Of a stretch of DNA of 64,000 nt, positions 37,492 through 46,100 are shown in pieces. The stretch's first letter is position 1; each line of letters begins with the position of its first letter. A program made the position numbers and the translations under genes. The notes beneath the pieces were generated by a model. It did not search any database, was not told where the DNA came from, and saw nothing but the letters and a program-made list of their open reading frames with translations. This stretch comes from Candidatus Kapaibacterium sp. (GTDB lineage: Bacteria; Bacteroidota; Ignavibacteria; Kapaibacteriales; UBA961): positions 39,477 through 103,476 of the forward strand of contig JAXLVN010000001.1 in assembly GCA_046328995.1 (NCBI GenBank), given 5' to 3'.

Positions 37492-40400
37492 CTATAACTG
37501 TGTAAGAATAAACCCATCTGTATCATCCGAGCGGAATATCGGGGTCTGATTAATCTGCAATTCCGTTTTTAATTTTTTGACCCGTTTTTGTATGTAGTCC
37601 TGAAGACTCGTCAGAGAAATCTGCCGGTCTTCGAGCGAGGCGGCTCGCCCGTTGAGCCCCTCAAGCAGTGCTGTCGTAAAAATTCCGTGCTGCAGACTAT
37701 CGACCTCTCGGGCAAATTGACTGCTAAGAGCCGATGACATCAGGTAAACACCTGAATTTCTTGGTAATTGACGTAAGAATTTGGTGGCTCCGGACTGTTC
37801 CTCAGCAAGCGTTGTCGTCAATGCACCCGCGTGGCAGGCATCGAGTATGAGTGCTTTCTTTTCACATTTAATATTCAAAAACAGTGCTTGAAGGCGACGA
37901 GTGGAAAGTCCGGATTGTCGCAAAAGATTCTCCGCTGACATCGACTCAATTTCATGAGTAATGAGATAGAAATCCTGATTGGTACCTGCGGTCGTCAGAG
38001 CGCCATGTCCGGCAAAATAAAAGATAAACCGGTCATTGGGCCGGATGACGGTAGCGACTTCCACAAATGCTGCTACAATGGAGGTGACGGTCGCCTGTTC
38101 ATTCATCAGCTGACGAACCGTGACCGTCGAATACTCGCTCTGTGAGAATTTATTCTTGAGGGTCAACGAAAGGCTTTTCGCATCATTCTCGGCATACTTG
38201 AGGTTATACGAATTGTTTTTGTACGTACTTACCCCGACAGCGATGACATAGAGGTTCGGCTTGGATTCTACGCGCTGATTCGACAATACCGATAGTGTAT
38301 CGGAATACTCAACTCCGTCAGCAGATACGCAGACGACTCTCAGCAAATTCTTACCGGGAAAGAGATGTATGGGGACGGTTTGAAAGTCGCGTACCCGGCT
38401 CCGTTCAATCGTCAACTGCGGGCTACCATTGTTGCTGATACGAATGCTGTAGATGGTGTCTTCGATATTGGTAAGTTCGAACGTCAGTAAAAGTTCTTCT
38501 GTATCAAATATCCGTGCAATCGCCGGCGAGAGAATACGAATGGTGGGGATTTTTTTGCTGCTTGCAAGAGTGACCATCGCAGCAGGAGCGTCAGCCCGAG
38601 CGCCGAGGCACCGGGAGAGAATTCCCGGCTTCTCAAGTACTGAAATGTAATTTTCCAGAGGTAAGGAATGGTTGTCTCGGACGATATTCACAGCCCCTAC
38701 GCCAGAAGACGAAGCATCAAAATAGCCTTCCGGCGAGACGGCAATCCATTGTCCTCGACCGATAGTAACGAGCTTGATAACGGGTAGTAGGTTGGCCGGG
38801 TCCATGAGAACGCAAGTGCCGACATTATTGATGGTGGCTATGTAATTGTTCAACGGGACGATATCGACATCCCACACATTCGTAAAGGTAGCCGAAGACA
38901 CTCGTACCGGTTTGCCGTCAGAGGACCAAAGACGTGTGGAGTTGTCCTTGCTGCAACTGACAAGCAGGCGGCGACGGGGAGAGCCCGGATCGTGGATCCA
39001 TCGAAGTTTATTAACTCGGTCAGTATGCCCGACACAGCGTTGCTCAATAGAATGTATACTATTCGAGCGGATACCGATATCACCGTTCGAATAGCCGATG
39101 GCAAGCGAATTTGACGTTGTATCCCATTGGCAGGTCGTGATGGATCGGTCATTGGAAGATACACTGTCAAGGAGGGATAGGGTGCTCGTATTCCATTGAT
39201 AAATCATATGTTTGTCAGTCGTTATCACCCACCGGGATGATACACTGAGTGACAGCTGAGGCGACGTGGTATGTATCTGAAGGAGCAGCTGCCGGGTATC
39301 AGCATTCCACATATTCATCGTGCCGTTGGCATGGAGCGATATAAATCGATTTGTTCCGGGGATGAATTCTAGGGCGGTCACTGCAGAAAGAGAGGTCCCA
39401 AGGGGAAGAAGACTATCCTGGGTCAAGAGCAGTACCGAAGCATTCGATGAACCAATGCCGATGGCAAGGATGTCACCGGCAGAATTATACGAAAGGTGAT
39501 AGCCGGCACCGCTTTTCTCCGGTAACGGATAATAACCGCATGTACCACTAAGATAATCCCACACCCATACGTCATAGTTCTGATTTAATGTAGCCAATGA
39601 ATGTGCGCCTGCGGCTACTGCACGAGGTATCGAATTACTTCCTGATGGCGTCGGTAGTTCACGCATCCCGGCACGCGAGAGCCATTGCAGCTTCCCGGTT
39701 CGGGTACCGACGACCATATTTCCACTTTCAATTGCAATGGCACAGGTAGCTGTTTGGTTGGAAAACGAACTCCGGCGACGTGTTAATGGATCTACTGAAA
39801 TGACAGTACCTTGGTTAGATACTATGCTGAAAATTTTCTCTTCGGCATTGAATGTCGCAGTGAGTAGTTTGCCAAGCTGAAGCGGTTTCCACGGTTCGTC
39901 AGTTGCGTCCTGACGCGAGATGGAAATCCTGCCGATCATGCCTGCTTCATCAATCCATACGAGAGTTTGATCGTCGAGTCGTCCGATGGACATTATTTTG
40001 GAGGAACTGACAGAATGGATCCTGAGGGTACGTTTGGTGGGAATATCAAGCACTATTATTTCACCTGCACTCGTGCCGCATGCAAGGTGCTGCCAGCTGT
40101 CATATCCGAGCATCGCACTGACGTCACCTCCTGCACGAGGTATGTCTATCGTCGAGCTTTCGCGGAGTGTCTTGGTTGCATCAAAAAAATGGATCGATTT
40201 TTCTCGTTCCAGGGCCACGGCAACGGAATTCTGATAGGGGTCATCGCTATAGGTAACTGCAACGACATTTTCACCGACCGGAGCTGAGCTTTCGAGTTCA
40301 CCGGTGAATAAATTCCATAACATTACAGTGCCGTCACGGCTCCCGCTCACGAGATTTTTACCTTCGGGCTGAATCCCGATAGCAGTGACATTATGATGAT

Positions 40401-40701
40401 GACCTTGTAAAATATGGAGCAATCGACCGAATTCCTGCCCGGAATTCGAACTCCAAACACGGATAAGATTATCATTACTCGCAGTAATGACCTGATGCGT
40501 AAGTGCCGAGTGAAGGATTGCGGTAATCGTTGAGGTGTGGTCTGATTGTACGACTACTTTGAACGTACTCTCCTGTGCAGACCCTGTAGTGCCTACTGTG
40601 AGCAGCAGAAGCAGCAGACTAGCTACCCAGACTGAGAATGTACATTCTGAGTGATAAGTAAATTTATGTGGACGAACTCTCAAAATGTAACGTAAACTCA
40701 T
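37492..40701 (-). CDS. Secreted WD40-repeat protein fused to C-terminal caspase-family (peptidase C14 / CHAT-like, clan CD) protease domain
   Basis: Signal peptide …SLLLLLLTVGTTGSAQ; WD40-like units (NLIRVWSSNSGQ, GSRDGTVMLWNLFTGE, SCSKDNSTRLWSSDGKPV); C-terminal caspase signature with His in RFIFYFAGHGAL and Cys in KALILDACHAGAL, preceded by YVIAVGVSTYKN...YAENDA. Confidence 0.65.
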   Translation of the reverse strand: MSLRYILRVRPHKFTYHSECTFSVWVASLLLLLLTVGTTGSAQESTFKVVVQSDHTSTITAILHSALTHQVITASNDNLIRVWSSNSGQEFGRLLHILQGHHHNVTAIGIQPEGKNLVSGSRDGTVMLWNLFTGELESSAPVGENVVAVTYSDDPYQNSVAVALEREKSIHFFDATKTLRESSTIDIPRAGGDVSAMLGYDSWQHLACGTSAGEIIVLDIPTKRTLRIHSVSSSKIMSIGRLDDQTLVWIDEAGMIGRISISRQDATDEPWKPLQLGKLLTATFNAEEKIFSIVSNQGTVISVDPLTRRRSSFSNQTATCAIAIESGNMVVGTRTGKLQWLSRAGMRELPTPSGSNSIPRAVAAGAHSLATLNQNYDVWVWDYLSGTCGYYPLPEKSGAGYHLSYNSAGDILAIGIGSSNASVLLLTQDSLLPLGTSLSAVTALEFIPGTNRFISLHANGTMNMWNADTRQLLLQIHTTSPQLSLSVSSRWVITTDKHMIYQWNTSTLSLLDSVSSNDRSITTCQWDTTSNSLAIGYSNGDIGIRSNSIHSIEQRCVGHTDRVNKLRWIHDPGSPRRRLLVSCSKDNSTRLWSSDGKPVRVSSATFTNVWDVDIVPLNNYIATINNVGTCVLMDPANLLPVIKLVTIGRGQWIAVSPEGYFDASSSGVGAVNIVRDNHSLPLENYISVLEKPGILSRCLGARADAPAAMVTLASSKKIPTIRILSPAIARIFDTEELLLTFELTNIEDTIYSIRISNNGSPQLTIERSRVRDFQTVPIHLFPGKNLLRVVCVSADGVEYSDTLSVLSNQRVESKPNLYVIAVGVSTYKNNSYNLKYAENDAKSLSLTLKNKFSQSEYSTVTVRQLMNEQATVTSIVAAFVEVATVIRPNDRFIFYFAGHGALTTAGTNQDFYLITHEIESMSAENLLRQSGLSTRRLQALFLNIKCEKKALILDACHAGALTTTLAEEQSGATKFLRQLPRNSGVYLMSSALSSQFAREVDSLQHGIFTTALLEGLNGRAASLEDRQISLTSLQDYIQKRVKKLKTELQINQTPIFRSDDTDGFILTQL

Positions 40702-40731
40702 GCAAAATAATCAATAAATGGAATTATACAT

Positions 40732-40745
40732 GAACGTGCACGTTC
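40732..40745. promoter_or_regulatory. Perfect 14-bp palindrome GAACGTGCACGTTC in promoter region of the caspase-WD40 gene cluster
   Basis: gaacgtg|cacgttc, centred ~38 bp upstream of the 40701 start codon (minus strand). Confidence 0.35.
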
Positions 40746-40800
40746 GTAAGCCATCATCTTCTATTCACCATGAGTACAATCATCAAGTCACATGGAATAT

Positions 40801-41469
40801 TTACCTTTTCCGAACGATTGCACGAATATACGGAATATTTTTTTTAATCGAGAAGTTCTCATGATCGGTGCTCGGTAAATGCCAATCTACATCTGTGGCA
40901 TACGTAAATTCGAACCCTCCATGCGCCGCAAGTACCTCCTGCTGATACGCATCAACCTCAGGAACATCGGTCATGAGATAGAGGCAGCCATCGGGTCGGA
41001 GCACACGATGAATTTCTGCGACAAGAGCAGCATTGAATGCTCGCCGCTTATGATGCTTTTTCTTGTGCCAGGGATCGGGGAAAAAGTAACACACGGCTGT
41101 GACTGACTCTGAGGTCACAAAAGGTAAGCCGTTAGTAGTATTATACCATTCGACTCCGGCATTCGGTAATTGCTCACCCTTGATAATGCTGTCTATCCAT
41201 TCGACTGCCTGCTTGCGCACCTCTACTCCAAAAATATTGACATCAGGATGGCGCAGCGCATATTCAAGAAGAAATCCACCTCTCCCGCAGCCAATATCCA
41301 ATACACCGGGGGGGCGACCATCGGCAAAATATGCTGACCAGTTCACCTCCGGTAATACCGGCGGATAATACCGGGGAAGTACTTTGAATTCATGAAAGGG
41401 TACATACAAATTCGGCGACGTATGATGCCGCATTCGGGGAGTAGGGTATTTTTTGTAGTCTATGTTCAT
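40801..41469 (-). CDS. trmB: tRNA (guanine-N7)-methyltransferase
   Basis: SAM-binding LDIGCGRGGFLLEYA and conserved FPDPWHKKKHHKRR motif. Confidence 0.75.
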   Translation of the reverse strand: MNIDYKKYPTPRMRHHTSPNLYVPFHEFKVLPRYYPPVLPEVNWSAYFADGRPPGVLDIGCGRGGFLLEYALRHPDVNIFGVEVRKQAVEWIDSIIKGEQLPNAGVEWYNTTNGLPFVTSESVTAVCYFFPDPWHKKKHHKRRAFNAALVAEIHRVLRPDGCLYLMTDVPEVDAYQQEVLAAHGGFEFTYATDVDWHLPSTDHENFSIKKNIPYIRAIVRKR

Positions 41470-41473
41470 ACTG

Positions 41474-42322
41474 CTAAAGAGAATACGATGCTGTGAAGCG
41501 ATTCCTGTTGATACTATTCCTCTGCCGACGCTCCTGCTCGGAAATGTACGGAACTGATTCCAATTGATGATAAAAGGCCAGATGTCTGTCTGTAGTACTG
41601 ATGTACCGGGTTATTGAATTACATACTCGATCTTTTGTGCTTTGTACCGTCTTGTGGTCTTGGCCGAACCATTCATCCGGTACGTCTGCAATACACGATG
41701 CCAGGTCGAGCGTTCGCAACGTGACCAATTCACGCTCGATCATTTCATCCGATAGATGAGCACGATACAAAGGATTCTGCCGAAGTGCCTGCCGCACTGC
41801 CATCGATCCCCCGTAGTCTTTTGCCTGTATCGCCCCCATAATCATAAAGGATGCTTCATAGTCGATGGAATATTCCGAGTCACCGATAAGGAGAATATTC
41901 GTATTGGAAAACGACCTATCGACATTGAGCGTAATCAAATCAAAAATAAACAAGCGAGTACGCGACGAAGACGTTAGCTGTAAAAGCTCTTCACCTTCGA
42001 CATCCTTTGCCTCCGGAAAATACGGCGAAGCACTGTTAATGCCATAACTTTTACGAATTAAGTCCCGAACTTCCGCATCGACTGCCGACACATCGGCGCG
42101 CTCATCGACAATGATTCTTCCTGTGGGCAGGATCGGAAGTCCGAGAGCAAGACCAATTGCCCGGCAAACGGCATCGCCTATCGCAGCTGTCGGACTGCTG
42201 AGCCCGCCGCTGAGCTTGATGAAGACAGAATTGCCGTCGGAATCTAAGGCGGTAATCGGACGTGAAGAACCTTTTTTTACAACGGATAAGACTCGTTGGG
42301 TAAACCTCATTGCAGCTTCCAT
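41474..42322 (-). CDS. HipA_C-like / atypical kinase-fold protein (hypothetical)
   Basis: FIKLSGG glycine-rich region and catalytic-loop-like LNVDRSFSNTNILL (DxxxxN) reminiscent of HipA/CtkA kinases; weak by-eye assignment. Confidence 0.3.
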   Translation of the reverse strand: MEAAMRFTQRVLSVVKKGSSRPITALDSDGNSVFIKLSGGLSSPTAAIGDAVCRAIGLALGLPILPTGRIIVDERADVSAVDAEVRDLIRKSYGINSASPYFPEAKDVEGEELLQLTSSSRTRLFIFDLITLNVDRSFSNTNILLIGDSEYSIDYEASFMIMGAIQAKDYGGSMAVRQALRQNPLYRAHLSDEMIERELVTLRTLDLASCIADVPDEWFGQDHKTVQSTKDRVCNSITRYISTTDRHLAFYHQLESVPYISEQERRQRNSINRNRFTASYSL

Positions 42323-42327
42323 AACGA

Positions 42328-42987
42328 CTATTGTTTCAGTCCCATCACCATGCCGTCGCCGACCGGTAAAAAGCAGGATGTGAGTGCAGGATGATCGGCA
42401 ATAGCACGATTAAACTGCTGAATTCCTTTGACGTTATGAGGTTCGAACTCCGGCTCGCTATCAGCGACATATCCCCAGGCAAGGGCATTATCACCGGCAA
42501 TGACTCCTCCGGCACGAAGGAGAGGCACGCTAAGCTCAAGATACTTTAAATACTGAGGTTTATCGGCATCAATAAAGACAAAGTCGAACATAAAATCCGG
42601 AGTATATTTCAACAGAAATTCTGCTGCGTTGCCTTCATAGACGGTGATTTTGTCTGACAGTCCTGCTTCTTGTGCTTTGGTGCGGATAAATTCACAGAAC
42701 GCAGGGTTCAGCTCCAGACAGATGACTTTACCGCCATCCGGGAGTGCGCGTGCCATCGTGATGGCCGAGTATCCGGCGAGGGAACCGATTTCAAGGACAT
42801 ATCGGGCGTTCATTGCCTTCAGAAAAAGTTGTAAAAATGCACCCTGAGCACCTCCGATACAAATATCAGGAATGGAATTTGCGGCAGCATCACGATTCAG
42901 CTGCGTCAGAAATGCATCTTCAGAGGAAAAATTTTCTTCGATGTACTGGGCAAGCTCTGCGGTTAAGTATGTTGCTTTTACAGCCAT
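42328..42987 (-). CDS. Class I SAM-dependent O-methyltransferase (family 3, caffeoyl-CoA OMT-like)
   Basis: VLEIGSLAGYSAITMA...GKVICLELNP...FDFVFIDADKPQYLKY motifs. Confidence 0.7.
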   Translation of the reverse strand: MAVKATYLTAELAQYIEENFSSEDAFLTQLNRDAAANSIPDICIGGAQGAFLQLFLKAMNARYVLEIGSLAGYSAITMARALPDGGKVICLELNPAFCEFIRTKAQEAGLSDKITVYEGNAAEFLLKYTPDFMFDFVFIDADKPQYLKYLELSVPLLRAGGVIAGDNALAWGYVADSEPEFEPHNVKGIQQFNRAIADHPALTSCFLPVGDGMVMGLKQ

Positions 42988-43161
42988 TTGAGTCTCTTTC
43001 AGATAGAATGAGGAATGTTATTATTCGGCAAAATACGGTGAAATGGGGTTATGAACAAACTTCACCGGAGAATTTACCGCCCTATTTCCCGCGTTGATAG
43101 CCTGCTTCGCCGTATATTTGCAAAGATTTTACATATATTATAGTCGATACAACTACCCGAA

Positions 43162-46100
43162 ATGACAGAAGAAACCATCGTACAACACATCAAAGAAGAT
43201 GAGGAAAAGTCCAGAAAGAAGGGCATTATCTTCTTCCTCTGGCGCGTCATCCGCGGGCTGATGGTCTGGTCATTTTTGCTTGTCCTGCTGTTGAGTCTTT
43301 CGGTGATAATACTGAGTCAGACGGAGAGTTTTCGTCGGTGGGCCGCTCCTCATATTCAAGGTATTGTCAACGATCAGTTAGTCGGAAGGATAGAATTTTC
43401 AGATTTTGAGATTAGTATTCTTGAGGGCCTGGTCTTTCATGATGTGCGGGTACTTGCAGCAGGAGATACAGTGCTCGCTACGCGGAAAATCACACTCGGT
43501 TATGATTTAGAACGCTTGTTTTCTAATGAAATATACGTTACGACCCTGACAATCGAAACACCACGGATCAAGATTCTCCGTTCGATGGACAGCATATGGA
43601 ATGTCAGTAAAATTGCCAAGCCATCGACCGATACCACACCTGCCAATCCTTTTACCTGGAAAATCCATGCCTATAATATTGCTCTTCAGGGTGGTACAAT
43701 AACGGTTTATGACTCGACGCTCATGGTAGGTACGGCGCCCGAAGGAGCTCTCGATTTTTCGCATCTGCACCTTTGGAATGTGCACCTTGGACTCTCGGCA
43801 GATGCGTCGATTGCACAAAAAGACTTCGCAGTATCGCTCTACAAGCTGTCTTTTGATGAAGCAACAGGGTTGTCTGTCAAAGAATTGTCGTGTAAAGCTA
43901 CCGTAAATACGAAGGGAGTGGACCTTCGGGCACTCCGGTATGTCACAGCCGACTCCAAGCTCGTGCTATCGGCTCATGCCGACTCGTTGAATATATTCGA
44001 AGGTGATGTCGGTGAGAAATTCATCAGAACGCCTTTGTCGCTCGAATTGGATGCCGATTCGTTACATACGAAAGATTTGTTGAGATTTTTACCGTATGCA
44101 GGTGTCTATGGCACCTATAAGCTCTCTCTCAAAGCGCAGGGCACATTACCCCTGCTGAGCATTGATAAACTGCTGGTCGAATCGCCGACATCGCGACTGC
44201 AGGCCACCGGCAGACTTCGACATTTAGATCATCCCGAGAAGCTGTCCTTTCAGGCAACAGTCATAAAATCATTTATTAATTACAATGAATTACAGGCGAG
44301 TGCGCAGTCATTGTATTTACCTAAGCTTGATTTTCTCGGTACCGTGCGCCTGACCAAAGCATCGATTGATGCATTGCCGTCGGATTCGTTGGCAATTTAT
44401 GCCGATGCAATGACTGCCTCGGGTAAAGTCACCGGAGATCTGACCCTTTTCCTCCGTGATACACTTACGTATAGGGGTAATCTGCAGGCAACAAATATTA
44501 ATCTTGCCACGATAACGAAGAATACATCCCTTGAAAGCGCGATCAATGCTCATATCGATATCCATGGCAAAGGGATTATGCTCGGCGAACTCGATGCGTT
44601 TGCAACCATTGAATCCCTGAATTCTACTTTCGCCGGCCGTCACTGGAGTAAAATGTATTTTTCGGGAGGCAGCCACGGTCAGGGAATTGTGAATATCGAT
44701 TCGCTGCTGCTCGATGTGGCTGAGAAATTACCCGAACCCGACAGTCTCGCCTATGACCCTTTTGCCGAAAAAATCCCGTCGCAGGTTTTTACCGGTTCCG
44801 GAATGGTGGACTTGCGCAATGTGCAGAACCCACGGTATCACATTACCGGGAATTTTGAACATTTCCCGCTCGCAAAACTCCTTGATAATACGGCATTTCC
44901 ACGCATGATTGGTGCAAATTTTATGATCAATGGCAGTGGATTCCATCCTGATAGCTTAGAAGGAAAGTATCATTTTCAATTTAGAGAATTGACCTTTCCC
45001 GACCGTACGTTTTTGCCGTGGAAGCTGCAAGTGGATATCAATCGAGATTTTCTGTCCCGAGAACGCACGATAGACATTCAATCGCCAATCATCAGCGGAA
45101 AAGTGGTCGGATGGTTTACCCTTGATGATTTGATTCGAGAAAGCAGCTCTCAGGGGAAAATTGTTGCTCAATTCTTACAGCATAAAATTCCAATTCTAAC
45201 GGCATCAATTGGCGGAGCCAAACTCTCGGCACCCGATGCACCGCTAGACTATCTTCATGCAAGACGACCGCTCGATGTGCGGTTTGACATCAATGTGCGC
45301 GATATTACACCTGTAAATGTACTCCTCGGTAAAGATTTGACGCTTGATATCAAGGCAGGAATTCATGGCGCAATGAAGGCAGATTCAATGCAGTCGTTGA
45401 CTGAGTTGAATGACATAACGATTGAAAATTCAAGACTTATAGCAAGTGGAACGACGATTCAGTCAGATAAAATTCAGACGTCGGCACGCGTGCTGCTTCG
45501 GCATACAGGTTCACTCACGGAGGTTAGCAAACTCGTATTGACGACCCGCTGTGACTCCATGCTCTACATTGATGATGCCGTACTTTACCGGCCTTCAGTC
45601 CACCTTGACTATTCATCCGGCCAAATGGCGCTATCAGCATCAGGGGTACTGAATAATGAGATTTCCGGTGCTATTTCCGGCACATTGAATTTTCGGGATT
45701 CTGTCGTTGATTTTGCTCTCGATACGCTCAATGTGGGTTTTGGGGGAATGAAGTGGCAATCCTACAAAATATCCACCGGCAGCTTTACGCATCAGGGAGT
45801 GCAGGTGTCTAAGTTGGAAATGCGCCGTAAAAATGCCGAACGGGTTGAATTTAAGGGGCTTATATCAGATAGTCATTTTAAGGATTTTACCGTTAGTCTG
45901 CACGAGTTCCCCCTGCGTGAGCTCACCAAATTTCAATTTATTGATGATGATACGAAGCTATTGTTAAAAACACTCGAGGGTGAGGCGACGGTTCTGCAGA
46001 TTGATTTGAACGGTACGTATAAAAAGCCGATTATCAGTTGTACCGGTCAATTCGATAATCTCGCCTATAATGGAATTGCCATCGGTAATCAAACATTGAA

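Noticed and set aside
37492-40701. Interpreting the caspase-WD40 protein as a cytoplasmic STAND/apoptotic-ATPase-type caspase
   Set aside because: No NB-ARC or P-loop NTPase domain is evident, and the N-terminus is a hydrophobic signal-peptide-like segment, so an exported protease is more consistent.
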